Shown here: in pieces, positions 1-10,832 of the stretch
Numbering within the stretch: position 1 is the first letter of the stretch
How the letters are laid out: each line of letters begins with the position of its first letter
Source: Alphaproteobacteria bacterium
Lineage (GTDB): Bacteria > Pseudomonadota > Alphaproteobacteria > MPNO01 > UBA830
Assembly: GCA_965243135.1 (NCBI GenBank)
Contig: OZ251539.1
Coordinates: 1,920,001 to 1,984,000, forward strand
Length of the DNA: 64,000 nt
Direction: 5' to 3'
Notes under the pieces: model-generated
Told to the model about the DNA's origin: nothing
What the model saw: only the letters and a program-made list of their open reading frames with translations
Database searches by the model: none
Program-made: the position numbers and the translations under genes

Positions 1-860
1 GCGAACGAAGTAGCGGGAAACCGCGGCCGTGACCAGCGGCAGCGAGACGGCCGCCCAGCCGGCTCCGCCCACGAGTCCGAACAGAAGGTAGTAGTGAAGC
101 GGTTCCGCGGCGAAGGCGGTGCCGCCGATGCCGGCAGCGAGGGCGATCAGTCCCGCGGCGAATATCGGCTGCGCCCCGTAGCGGTCCCTGCCCGCCACCG
201 GCGACCCGACGGCCATCATGACCAGAACCAGGGAGGCGCCCGCCGACGATTGCGCTCCCGTCCACCCGAGTTCCGACTGCCAGAACGGGAGAACCATGCT
301 CACGGACGACCGCGCGCCGAAAGTGAAGGCCAGCGCGACGAAGCAGACGACGGCCGGCGCGCGTCTCGTCGGTCACCGGAGTCGCGCTCCTGCGCCGCGT
401 CGCCCGGCGAAACGCCGGAAATCCGCCCCGGCGCCGGCCGCGAAGCGGCGCGCCGCCGAAAAGGGACGGCCGCAACTCCGGAAGAGCCGCGTCACCGCGC
501 AGCATGGCGACCAGCACTTTGTTGGCTGCCTCAACCACGCCTGACGGCGTAGCCTCCGACCTTCAGGATCGCGTAGCGCATGCGACGCCGGTCCTTCCGT
601 TCACGCGGCCTCCCCATTTCCGGCAGACGTAAAGCGGCCAGATGAAAATCGTCGGTGAGACGCGAAGGTGAACGGCGAAAGGCAGATCTCGTCGACGTCG
701 AGTTCCTCCCGAAGCTCCCGGGCCCGGCGTCCCTCCGCCGCCGGCCGCCGGGGAATTCCCCCGCTCCGCCCTCCGGCCGCCGCGACGGCGAAAACGACCG
801 GCTCTCCAGCCCTGCGGCGCGGAACCCGGAGACGCGCCCGGCCCGCGAAGCCTGCAGGGA
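1..860 (-). pseudogene. Eroded duplicate of the MFS 5' part and mutT
   Basis: Aligns by eye to 33975-34930 with many short deletions; no intact frame. Confidence 0.85.
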
Positions 861-918
861 GACGCCGCCGGCCCCGAAGCGGCGTTCTTTCGCGGAGGCG
901 GCCGTGACGGGAAGCCGT

Positions 919-2425
919 TCAGGCGGGCTCGCAGCCGACGACGTTGCGCTCCTCGCGGCTGAACTCCACCAGGTGGACCGAACGTCCGAGACGGCGGTAC
1001 TTGTCCGCGTAGCCCTTCTCCCGCAACTGCGCGAGCGCGACCCCCTCCCGTCCGCGCTCCACCACCTTGAACTCGAACAGGTAGACGCGCCCGCCGGCGC
1101 GGATCGCCATGTCGGCGCGCCCCCGGCTGCCGCTGTCCTCGGCCACCGGCTCGAAGCCCTCCATCAGGAAGCAGCTGTGGATGACGCTCGCGTAGTGGGC
1201 CTCGTACACCGGGCTGTTCATGTACCACTGGTGCGGGGCGAAGACGCCGCGGAACAGGGTCCCGATGCGTTCGAAGTCGTTCGCCTCCAGCAGTTCGCCC
1301 AGCCGCAGGCGCCCCGTCTTCTTGCGGGCCTCGACCGGGAGCAGTTCTCCCAGCAAGGCCTCGCCCAGGCTCTGGCGCACCTCGAGGTTCGGGTAGTCCA
1401 GCCGGTAGTGCCTGTCCTCCTCGCCGACGATGGTGAGGTAGCCGGTCTGGAACAGAAGCGCCTCGACCGAGATATTGTCCACGTCGAAGGTCGAGAGCAG
1501 GCTCTCGCTGCCGATCATGCCGTCCAGGTCGGGAGTGGGCAGGTCGCGGCGCGCCAGCGTCTCGACCAGGAAGGTCGGCGTGCCGCTATGGAACCAGTAG
1601 TTGCCGAACTTGCGTTTGTCGAACAGCAGCAGGAGGCCGAACGGGTTGTAGACCCTCTCCGGTCCGAGCCAGTTGTAGCCGTTGTACCAGCGCCGGATTT
1701 CGTCCCGGTCCAGGCCCTCGAGTTCCGGGGAGAAGACCGCGTCCAGTTCCGCGTCCGTGCAACCGCAGATGGCGCCGTAGCGCTCGTCCAGCGTGATGTC
1801 GTTCAGGTTGTTCAGGCCCGAGAACAGGCCCGCCTTCGAGAATTTGCTCACTCCCGTCAGGAAAACGAAACGGAGATGCTCGTCGCAGTCCTTGATAACC
1901 CCGTACAGGCTGCGCAGGAAGTCGCGGTTGGCCCGCGCCAGCTCCCGGTCGCCGAGCGCGTCCAGGATCGGCTTGTCGTATTCGTCCACCAGAACCACCG
2001 CCCGCTGCCCGGTGCGTTCGTGCAGGTCCGCGATCAGTTCCCGGAAGCGGACCGAAACTCTGGCGCCGCCCGGCGCCGGCCCGCCTCTCCGCCGCCCTCA
2101 GTTGCGATTCCGTTTCTTCCCGAACTCCGTCCGGGTCGCCGAAATCGCCCCCGCCGAAGCTGATCCGCACGACCGGATGGCGTATCGACCAGTCCCACCT
2201 GCCGTGCACGGCGAGGCCCCGGAACAACTCCTCGCTTCCCTCGAACAGCTTCTGCAGCGTGTCCACCAGGAGGGTCTTGCCGAACCGGCGCGGACGCGAC
2301 AGGAAATAGTACTTGCCCCTCTCGACGAGGCGGCGCACATGGTCCGTCTTGTCGACGTAGTAGCAGTTCATCCTCCGGATCTCCCGGAGGGAGGAAAAGC
2401 CGATCGGAAGCATGCGTTGCGTCAT
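919..2425 (-). pseudogene. AAA-ATPase/PD-(D/E)XK nuclease copy A, frameshifted
   Basis: YYVDKT, Walker A RPRRFGKT, Walker B VLVDEYDKP, C-terminal GRADM..FEFK..ALAQ..KGY. A 5-nt deletion (TCGAT) near 2073 shifts the frame; several 6-nt in-frame deletions. Confidence 0.9.
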
Positions 2426-3149
2426 TCGAAGAGGGTAGGCCGCCGCGCCGGAGCCGTCAAGAAGTCGGCGGCGGCAGGCCTGTCCGCGTCCCCTGGCGCG
2501 GCAAGCAGCCGGCAGTTTCCGCTGCGGCACGGCGGGGAAAAGCGCGGGGACGAGCGAACCTGTCGCTCCGCGGAAATCCTGCCCCGCTGAGACGAGCGCG
2601 TTCGACGCGCGGCCTGGAGGCAGCGGGCGGAAGCGAACGCCGACGGCTGGCGCCGCCAGCAAAGGCGACGCGCGTCGACAACGATCTCGGCACCGGATTC
2701 GCGAACCTCGACGGCAAGGTCGACGCCCTCGCCGCGGAAACCAGGGCCGACGCAACGCGACGGCAAGCGCCCTCGCCAGGGAAAGCCGCGCGCCTCGAAA
2801 CCACGACGATTGCCGCGGCAGGCCTCGCCGCCATACTTGCAGTTGGTCCGCCGCACCCGCGCGCGCGACGACATGCGAGTCCCGGCGGCTACATGCACAG
2901 GCATGGCAGCGCCGCACCCGCGCGCGCGACGACATGCGCCGCAAGCGGCGAAACGCCTGAACGTCAGGCAACGGTTCCGTCGAACGAGAGCGTCGTCCGG
3001 TCGAGCGAGCGGACTTCCGCCGCCGAAAACCATGGGCTCGTTCGAAACCGTCAACCGAAGCGGCTCGCGAAACCGGAAACGGTGACGGCAGGCGTTGGCC
3101 TCCGTTTTTGAACTCCTGACCTCTCCGCAACATCAAAACGGTCGGTCAG

Positions 3150-3321
3150 CAGCAATTCCCGCTAAGGCGGCCGCATGTCCGGAAGGTGCGCCGAGAAGGC
3201 GAAATCACCAAGGGACAAGCCGCCGCGACAAATCCCTCAGGCAAATCGCACTACCCGGAAAAATCTACGAAAAATTTTTCTGAAACCCCATATTTTCCAA
3301 GGGCCATAGCGGGAATTGCCG
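3150..3321. mobile_element. 172-bp MITE related to the IS at 49127-50763
   Basis: Ends CAGCAATTCCCGCTA / TAGCGGGAATTGCCG, flanked by 9-bp direct repeat GTCGGTCAG (3141-3149, 3322-3330). The right part matches the IS end near 50690-50763. Confidence 0.85.
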
Positions 3322-3367
3322 GTCGGTCAGCCACCATGCGCGTTGCGCTTCAAACTTGAAGGGGCGC

Positions 3368-3560
3368 TCCTCGACGTCGAGTTCCTCCCTGAGCTCCCGG
3401 GCCCGGCGTCTCTCCACCGCCGGCCATCGGGGAATTCCTTGCCCTGCGGCCGCAGCCACGACGAGAACGACCGGCTCTCCAGCCCTGCGGCGCGGAACCC
3501 GGAGACGCGCCCGACCCGCGAAGCCTGCCGGCGCGCGAGCGCCTGCAGGGAGACGCCGCC
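3368..3560 (-). pseudogene. mutT remnant
   Basis: Translates to RELREELDVE (Nudix box fragment); matches 34700-34930 with deletions. Confidence 0.75.
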
Positions 3561-3688
3561 GGCCCCGAGGCGGCCTCCTCGGCCGGGCGGCCCGTCAAGC
3601 CGTGCGACGAACCGGCGGAACCGGCTGCCGCCGCGGGCCGAACCCGCGTCGGCGTTCTTTCGCGGAGGCGGTCGTGACGGGAAGCCGT

Positions 3689-4187
3689 TCAGGCGGGCTC
3701 GCAGCCGACGACGTTGCGCTCCTCGCGGCTGAACTCCACCAGGTGGACCGAACGTCCGAGACGGCGGTACTTGTCCGCGTAGCCCTTCTCCCGCAGCTGC
3801 GCGAGCGCGCCCCCCTCCCGTCCGCGCTCCACCACCTTGAACTCGAACAGGTAGACGCGCCCGCCGGCGCGGACCGCCATGTCGGCGCGCCCCCGGCTGC
3901 CGCTGTCCTCGGCCACCGGCTCAAGGCCCTCCAAGCAGCTGGACGCTCGCGTAGTGGGCCTCGTACACCGGGCTGTTCATGTACCACTGGTGCGCGGCGA
4001 AGACGCCGCGGAAACAGGGTGCGTTCGAAGTCGTTCGCCGCCAGCAGTTCGCCCAGCCGCAGGCACCCCGTCTTCTTGCGAGCCTCGACCGGGAGCAGTT
4101 CTTCCAGCAAGGCCTCGCCCAGGCTCCGGCGCACCTCGAGGTTCGGGTAGCCCAGCCTGTAGCGTCCGTCCTCCTCGCCGGGGATGG
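3689..4187 (-). pseudogene. AAA/PD-(D/E)XK copy B, 3' fragment
   Basis: C-terminal nuclease motifs with deletions; begins exactly at the 3' end of the intron remnant. Confidence 0.85.
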
Positions 4188-4980
4188 GTAGAGTCGAGGA
4201 CTGGCGCGTTAGCTTTAGGGTCCGGGTTCCGTCGCTTTCGCTCCGGGCCTCAGTCCGGCTCCCGTGGCCATGTTTCCAGTCCCCGCTCTCCGAACCGGAC
4301 GTGCGGATTTCCCGCGCCTCCAGCCCTCGCCCACGGATGAATTGGTAGCGTTCCCAGAACGGCCGGTCTTCCGGACCCGGGAGTTGCACCGTCTCCCATT
4401 TCCGTCTGTTTTCCGCTGTCCAACCCGTCGCCGAGCCTGTTTACGCCTCGGCAACCCCAGCCTCTCGACCGGGTTCCTTCGCTTGTAACGCTTCCGGGAT
4501 CTCTGACATGTAGTCGGTTGTTAGGCATAGCCCCTTCTCCCTTGCGGCCCCTTTCCTCGCGCCCCTTTCCTCCGCCGGCGTTACCCGGCTTCTCCGGTAC
4601 TACGGGCCTCTCCGCCACCCGCCGGCCTGCCCCTCGCGGGGTTCCGGTTGACTCGTGCGCGTCACCGACAGGGCTTCCCGTGTTGCTGCTTCCTTCATTT
4701 TCCATGCGTGCCGACCCCCGGCGGAAACGGTCGGTGCTCTTGTCGTTCTCTTCCCGACCGTCGGCGGCTTTCCCCTAGGAGGGTCAGCTTCCGCGTTAAC
4801 CGTTTCGAGGCCTGGTTCACTCGCGTTTCGGCCCGCATGTTCGCTGAGCGGCCTTCGCCGCCCTTTTTGCCAGAGTGCTTCAGCCTACGCTCCGTAAACC
4901 GCCCTGGCCGCTACCAACCGGAACGACAGTTGTTGGGCGGGATTCACACCACCAGAAGAAAGCGCCTTTTCACGGTGCAC
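4188..4980 (-). mobile_element. ORF-less group II intron remnant, copy 1
   Basis: Minus strand starts GTGCAC, has domain V-like GCGGGAAATCCGCACGTCCGGTTCGGAGAGCGGGG and ends CTCGACTCTAC; no RT ORF; homologous to 14092-14958. Confidence 0.85.
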
Positions 4981-5109
4981 CAAAACATCGGTCTATAGAT
5001 TGTATTTTCCGACATTATGTCACGTCATCGCGCGCTTGAACAGCAAAAGGAGCAAGCAAGAAGCGACCGGTCCCGACCTTTCAGGCATGACCTGACCCGG
5101 CTGCTCGCC

Positions 5110-5368
5110 GAGGTTCGGCTTCGCGCGCGGCCGGCAAGGCTGTCGCCGAGCTGCGGCGGCCCGCGCTCTGCGCGTAGGCGCGGTCGGGCCACGCCGGTTC
5201 GCTGCGCAGGACAAACGGCGGACGTCGACCCGGCACCGGGGAAGAGGGGGATTTTTCGCTGCGGCGGGGGCGTTCGCCTCCGCCGCCCCGGCGCCTTGAC
5301 TCACCGGCCAACCCATCCCCATACTGCCTTGACGCTGCCGACCGTCGGCGTTGCGTTTCGGAGTTGAT
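5110..5368. repeat. Dispersed ~260-290-bp repeat, probable IS remnant; second copy ~22965-23255
   Basis: Shared blocks such as GACTCACCGGCCAACCCATCCCCATACTGCCTT and terminal TTCGGAGTTGAT. Confidence 0.6.
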
Positions 5369-5618
5369 TGGGGCTTCCGAAAGAAACCAAGGCGCACGAA
5401 AACCGCGGCAGCCGACTCCCGCCAACGCGCGCGAAATAGCGGCGCTGGGCCATCCGAGCGAACGCGGCTGACGGCGGGACTGAACGCGCGCGCGGGAGCG
5501 CTGGCCTGCAAGGCCGTCGCGGACGCGCCGAACTGCGCCTTCACCCAGGACGCCATCGGCGTCTGACGTCGCAATGCCGCATGCCTTGCAGGCGATCGCC
5601 GAAAACGGAGAACGGGAA

Positions 5619-6086
5619 ATGCTGACTCTTCGCAAATCGAACCAAATCGTCGACGCGATTCTTGCCAAAGCCCGAGAGATGGACCTCCGGCCCCTGTGCG
5701 TCGTGGTCACGGATATCGGCGCAAAGATCAAATCGGCGCAGCGCGAAGACGGGTGTTCCCAGGCGCGGATCGAAATGGCGCTGGGCAAGGCGGTGGCCGC
5801 GCTGGCGCTCGGACGCTCTTCGGCCCTGGTTCGAGAGCGCCGCGAGCGAAGGCCGGAATTCGTCGCGCAGGTCCAGCAGTTCGTGGGCGAGCAGAAGATG
5901 TTCATGGAAGGAGGAGGCGAACTTATTCGCGACGTGGCGGGCAATATTCTCGGCGCAGTCTCCGTGACCGGCGCGACGCAGGCCGACGACGAGGAACTGG
6001 CTCTCCACGGCATTCGCTTCGCCGGCTTCAGGACCGACCGCGACCTCGCCCATCTTGGATCGATAGTTCGAACCACCGACCCCTGA
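5619..6086 (+). CDS. GlcG/HbpS-family heme-binding protein
   Basis: LCVVVTDIG..REDG...IEMALGKA...GGGELIRD..G.ILGAVSVTGA...DEE pattern; GGAG upstream of ATG 5619 (ORF track start 5574). Confidence 0.8.
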   Translation: MLTLRKSNQIVDAILAKAREMDLRPLCVVVTDIGAKIKSAQREDGCSQARIEMALGKAVAALALGRSSALVRERRERRPEFVAQVQQFVGEQKMFMEGGGELIRDVAGNILGAVSVTGATQADDEELALHGIRFAGFRTDRDLAHLGSIVRTTDP

Positions 6087-6168
6087 CACCGCGCGCTTCG
6101 CCGGCGCGAGCCGCTGTCCGAACGGGCGGCCCTTCCGCCGCCGTCTCCGGCGGCCTTACGGAGCCCCC

Positions 6169-7389
6169 ATGATTCGAACCGTAACGAAGAATCCGTATTT
6201 CGCGCTGTTTTGCGCCATCGGCATCGTCTTCCTCGCCTACGGAAGCCGTCAGAGCTTCGGCATCTACCTGCGCCCGATCACGACGGAAATGGGGTGGGGA
6301 CGGGAAAGCCTGTCGCTGGTGTTCGGAACCCAGGCGCTGATATACGGCCTGTCCGCCCCGTTCGTCGGTGCGGTGGCCGACAAGTGGGGTTCCGTCCGGG
6401 TATTGACGGCGGCGGGCGCCATGTATTCGCTGGGAATCCTGTTGATGTCCCAGTCGGTCACGCCCACGGGCATGCTGTTGAGCGCGGGGCTGCTGGGCGG
6501 AATGGGATCGGCCGGTTGCGCGCTTTCCCTGGTGCTGGCCGTCGCGAGCCGGGTGGCGCCGGAGAACAAGCGCAGCCTGTGGCTCGGCATCATCACCTCC
6601 GGAGGAACCGGCGGCCAGCTCGTTCTGGTGCCAGCCGGCCAACTCGTGATGAACGAGCACGGCTGGGTCGTCGCGCTGATCGCGCTCGGACTGTTCGTGC
6701 TGACGATCGTGCCGCTCGGACTGCTGATGCGACTGTCGGCCGGCGAAGCGATGACCGGAAGGAAGGGCGGCCAAGGACTGATCGAGGCGCTGCGCGAAGC
6801 GAGCGGCCACCGGGGGTTCTGGCTTCTCGTGCTGGGCTTCTTCACCTGCGGGTTTCAGGTGCAGTACATCAACAACCATCTGCCGGCGTACCTGCAAGAC
6901 ATGAACCTCGACCCCATCGTCGGCGCGACCGCGATTTCCGTGATCGGCCTGTTCAACATGATCGGCACGTGGATTTCGGGATGGCTCGGCGACCGCTATC
7001 GCAAGAAATACCTGCTTGCGATGCTTTATTTCGGGCGGTCGCTGATATTCCTGATCTTCATTCTGGCGCCGATTTCGGAATGGTCGGTTTACCTCTTCGC
7101 GGCCGGCGTCGGCCTGCTCTGGCTCGCGACCGTTCCGCTGACCTCGGGCATCGTATTCGGCATGTTCGGGCCCCGATACATGGCAACGCTTTACGGCATC
7201 GTGTTCCTCAGTCACCAGATCGGCAGTTTCACCAGCGTCTGGTTGGGCGGCAGAATTTGGGACATGACGGGATCCTACGAGCTCGCGTGGTGGATCGTGA
7301 TCGTCGGCGGCGCCCTCGCCTCCCTGCTCCACTGGCCGATCGACGACCGCCCGGTTTCGGAAGTGCTCGCGGACCGTCGGGCGGCGTAG
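6169..7389 (+). CDS. MFS transporter
   Basis: 406 aa, about 12 hydrophobic segments, MFS motifs GAVADKWG and GWLGDRYRKK; GGAG RBS. Confidence 0.9.
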   Translation: MIRTVTKNPYFALFCAIGIVFLAYGSRQSFGIYLRPITTEMGWGRESLSLVFGTQALIYGLSAPFVGAVADKWGSVRVLTAAGAMYSLGILLMSQSVTPTGMLLSAGLLGGMGSAGCALSLVLAVASRVAPENKRSLWLGIITSGGTGGQLVLVPAGQLVMNEHGWVVALIALGLFVLTIVPLGLLMRLSAGEAMTGRKGGQGLIEALREASGHRGFWLLVLGFFTCGFQVQYINNHLPAYLQDMNLDPIVGATAISVIGLFNMIGTWISGWLGDRYRKKYLLAMLYFGRSLIFLIFILAPISEWSVYLFAAGVGLLWLATVPLTSGIVFGMFGPRYMATLYGIVFLSHQIGSFTSVWLGGRIWDMTGSYELAWWIVIVGGALASLLHWPIDDRPVSEVLADRRAA

Positions 7390-7465
7390 GCCCCGGAAGC
7401 CGGCCGACCCGGGGAAAGACCGGGCGCGCTCCGCTCAAAGGCCCGGGAGCCCAAGGCTGGGAGAA

Positions 7466-7985
7466 TCAGCGCAAGAGTTTCCACCACGGAACCGCCAGCA
7501 CGCCGGGCGCGAGCCATTCCAGCGACTCGCCGGAATGAAGCAACAATCCAGTCCGAACGGCGGCGCCGTATTCCTCGCGAAACGCCCGGAGATGGCGCGC
7601 GTCGCCCAGACGCGGGCGAGCGATCACCTTGACCTCGACGAGGCTGTCGTCGGTCTCGACCACGAAGTCCACTTCTTCCCCGACAGTTGTTGTCCAACGA
7701 AGAATTTCCGCTCTTTTCAACCGCGAATCGCGCCACGCGAGCAGATCGTGAAGCACGAGATTCTCGAGATGCGCGACGCCGGGCTCGTTCCGGCCGGATA
7801 GATGCAGCGCCAACCCGGTCAGTAAAGCTTTGGCGACTTGATCAAGCGCTTCGCGCGATTCACGGAGTGGCAGGCAGCCGCACCAGGAGATAAGAGGCTT
7901 TCAACAGATACCGACGCACCGTGGGCTGCGGCACGTCGCGCTCCAGCTCGGTCTGGTTGACGATTTGGCCCTTCGCAAGGACGCC
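7466..7985 (-). pseudogene. 3' remnant of an AAA_14/DUF4143-type ATPase gene
   Basis: Fragments PQPTVRRYL, KRLIKSPKLY, HLENLV, GEEVDFVVE..LVEVK; frameshifted; 5' part replaced by MFS remnant. Confidence 0.7.
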
Positions 7986-8004
7986 GCCCTCATCAGACGG
8001 CGAA

Positions 8005-8620
8005 AATCCGGGAGCGCCGCGCGAGCCCGAACAGAAGGCAGGCGGTTCCGCGGCGAAGGCGGCGCCGTCGGCAGCGAGGGCGCCCACGGCGACTCACGCC
8101 GCCGCCGCGGCGCGCCTTTCCGGCACCAGCAGGGCAAAGACCCCGGCGATCGCGGCAAGCGCGACCCACCACGGTCCGTCGTATCTCGCGGTCAGATCGA
8201 AGATCCCCGAGCAGGACCCCTGCCGCCGCGCCCAGGGAATGGCCGCCGAACAGCAGCCCGAGCGTGAGGCCCCGCAAGCCGCGTCGCGACGATGTTGGCG
8301 ATCACCGGGAAGGTGGCGAAGTTGAGAACGCCGAAGCGGGCCGCGAAGAGAAACAGGACGGAGGCCGCGACGAACGGCAGCGCGACGAAGGCCAGGGCGC
8401 GGCCGAAGAACATGCTCGCCAGCAGTCGCGGGCGATGGTCCGCCGAAAACAGGACGACGCCGGCCCGTGAACCCCGTAGGCGGCGAAGCCCTCGACGAGG
8501 GCCGCCGCGACGACGAGAACGGCCGGCTCTCCCGCCCTGCAGCGCGGCGCGGAACCCGAAGCGCCGCCCGGATCGAGAACACCGGGCGGAGCGCGAGCGC
8601 CTGCAGGGAGACGCCGCCGG
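8005..8620 (-). pseudogene. Eroded MFS/mutT duplicate
   Basis: Matches 33150-33620 and 34850-34940 with deletions. Confidence 0.8.
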
Positions 8621-8716
8621 ACGCGGCCTCCTCGGCCGGGCGGCCCGTCAAGCCGCGCGACGAACCGGCGTCGCGGGCGGCGTTCTTTCGCGGAGGCGGC
8701 CGTGACGGGAAGCCGT

Positions 8717-10252
8717 TCAGGCGGTCTCGCAGTCGAACCCGACGACGTTGCGCTCCTCGCGGCTGAACTCCACCCCGATCAGGTGCACCGAACGACCGAG
8801 ACGGCGGTACTTGTCCGCGTAGCCCTTCTCCCGCAATTGCGCGAGCGCGACCCCCTCCCGCCCGCGCTCCACCACCTTGAACTCGAACAGGTAGACGCGC
8901 CCGCCGGCGCGGATCGCCATGTCGGCGCGCCCCCGGCTGCCGCTGTCCTCGGCCACCGGCTCGAGGCCCTCCATCAGGAAGCAGCTGTGGATGACGCTCG
9001 CGTAGTGGGCCTCGTACTTCGCGACGGGACTGTTCATGTACCACTGGTGCGGGATGGCGGCGAAAATGCCGCGGAACAGGGTTTCGAGACACTTGAAGTC
9101 GTTCGCCTCCAGCAATTCGCCCAGCCGCAGGTTCTCCGTCTCCTCGCGGGCCTCGTCCGGGAGCAGTTCTTCCAGCAAGGCCTCGCCCAGGCTCTGGCGC
9201 ACCTCGAGGTTCGGGTAGCCCAGCCGGTAGCGCCCGCCCTCTTCGCCGACGATGGTGAGATAGCCGGTCTGGAACAGAAGCGCCTCGACCGAGATCCTGT
9301 CCACGTCGAAGGCCGAGAGCAGGCTCTCGCTGCCGATCATGCCGTCCAGGCGGGGAGTGGGCAGGTTGCGGCGCGCCAGCGTCTCGACCAGAAAGGTCGG
9401 CGTGCCGCTATGGAACCAGTAGTTGCCGAACTTGCGTTTGTCGAACAGCAGCAGAAGGCCGAACGGGTTGTAGACCCTCTCCGGTCCGAGCCAGTTGTAG
9501 CCGTTGTACCAGCGGCGGACCTTCTCCCGGTCCAGGCCCTCGAGTTCCGGGGCGAAGACCGCGTCCAGTTCCGCGTCCGTGCAGCCGCAGATGGTGCCGT
9601 AGCGCTCGTCCAGCGTGATGTCGTTCAGGTTGTTCAGGCCCGAGAACAGGCCCGCCTTCGAGAATTTGCTCACCCCCGTCAGGAAAACGAAACGGAGCTG
9701 CTCGTCGCACTCCTTGATCATCGCGTAGAAGCCGCGCAGGAAATCGCGGTTGGCCAGCGCCAGCTCCCGGTCGCCGAGCGCGTCCAGGATCGGCTTGTCG
9801 TACTCGTCCACCAGAACGACCGTTCGCTGCCCGGTGCGTTCGTGCAGCGTCCTTATCAGGCGCCGGAAACGGACTGCCGCCCCGGCGGGCCCCGGTTCGA
9901 GGCCGGCCAGCCGCTCCGTTTCCTCCAACTGGTCTTCCACGTTTTCCCGAACGAGGTCCGGGGAGTCGAAATTGCCGCCGCCGAAGCTGATCCGCACGAC
10001 AGGATGGCGCGTCGACCAGTCCCACTTGCCGTGCACGGCGAGGCCCCGGAACAGCTCCTCGCTTCCCTCGAACAGCTTCTGCAGCGTGTCCACCAGCAGG
10101 GTCTTGCCGAAACGCCGCGGACGCGACAGGAAATAGTAATCGCCCTCTTCGACGAGGCGGCGCACATGGTCCGTCTTGTCGACGTAGTAGCAGTTCCTCG
10201 TCCGGATTTTCCGGAGGGAGGTCATGCCGATCGGAAGCACGCGTTTCGCCAT
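8717..10252 (-). CDS. AAA-ATPase/PD-(D/E)XK nuclease copy C, 511 aa
   Basis: Intact ORF from MAKRVLPIG; Walker A RPRRFGKT, Walker B DEYDKP, LTGVSKFS, WYNGY, YNPF, LFQTGYLTI, PNLEV, C-terminal D..EFK nuclease. Confidence 0.93.
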   Translation of the reverse strand: MAKRVLPIGMTSLRKIRTRNCYYVDKTDHVRRLVEEGDYYFLSRPRRFGKTLLVDTLQKLFEGSEELFRGLAVHGKWDWSTRHPVVRISFGGGNFDSPDLVRENVEDQLEETERLAGLEPGPAGAAVRFRRLIRTLHERTGQRTVVLVDEYDKPILDALGDRELALANRDFLRGFYAMIKECDEQLRFVFLTGVSKFSKAGLFSGLNNLNDITLDERYGTICGCTDAELDAVFAPELEGLDREKVRRWYNGYNWLGPERVYNPFGLLLLFDKRKFGNYWFHSGTPTFLVETLARRNLPTPRLDGMIGSESLLSAFDVDRISVEALLFQTGYLTIVGEEGGRYRLGYPNLEVRQSLGEALLEELLPDEAREETENLRLGELLEANDFKCLETLFRGIFAAIPHQWYMNSPVAKYEAHYASVIHSCFLMEGLEPVAEDSGSRGRADMAIRAGGRVYLFEFKVVERGREGVALAQLREKGYADKYRRLGRSVHLIGVEFSREERNVVGFDCETA

Positions 10253-10258
10253 CGGAAG

Positions 10259-10287
10259 AGAGTAGGCCGCCCCGTCGAAGCCGTCAA
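10259..10287 (-). promoter_or_regulatory. Sigma70-like leaderless promoter of copy C; equivalents precede all full-length copies
   Basis: TTGACG-N17-TACTCT-N6-ATG with no Shine-Dalgarno. Confidence 0.7.
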
Positions 10288-10445
10288 GAAGTCGGCGGCG
10301 GGGGTGAGCAGGCCATGAGCGTTTGGTACCGGACATATCGTCTGTTACTGACAGGTCTGCTCGAAGCCGTTGACACCGGGCGGCGGTGTCCCTAACCTTA
10401 TGCTTGAATTCTCTGGGGATGGCCCGAACGACGGAGGTGCCGAAC

Positions 10446-10829
10446 ATGGCCCAAAAGCGCGTGTTCATCAGCTTCGACTTTGACCACGACAAAAGCCTTC
10501 GCGGCGATCTGGTCGCCCAATCGGAACGCCCCGACTCGCCGTTCTCGATCATCGATTGCTCGGTCAGGGCACCTTACGACGAGAAGTGGCGGCAAAAAGT
10601 CCGAAGCATCATCCACAACGTCGACCTTACCATCGTCATCTGCGGAGCCCATACCGACATGGCCAAGGGGGTGGCCGCCGAGATCACCATCACCCGGAAG
10701 GAAGGCAAGCCCTACTTTCTGTTGCGGGGTCATGCCAACTGCACCAAGCCGGCGCAGGCGCTCGCGTCGGATGAGATTCACGCCTGGAACTGGCCGAACC
10801 TTCAAAAACTGATTTACTCCCTGGGATGA
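10446..10829 (+). CDS. Stand-alone TIR protein (MTH538/DUF1863, ThsB-like)
   Basis: VFISFDFDHD, SPFSIIDCS, IVICG..T, GVAAEI (putative catalytic Glu), KPYFLL; GGAGG RBS. Confidence 0.85.
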   Translation: MAQKRVFISFDFDHDKSLRGDLVAQSERPDSPFSIIDCSVRAPYDEKWRQKVRSIIHNVDLTIVICGAHTDMAKGVAAEITITRKEGKPYFLLRGHANCTKPAQALASDEIHAWNWPNLQKLIYSLG

Positions 10830-10832
10830 CGT

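Noticed and set aside
4250-4705. ORFs inside the intron remnants (also 14451-14672)
   Set aside because: Translations of structured intron RNA; no RT motifs.
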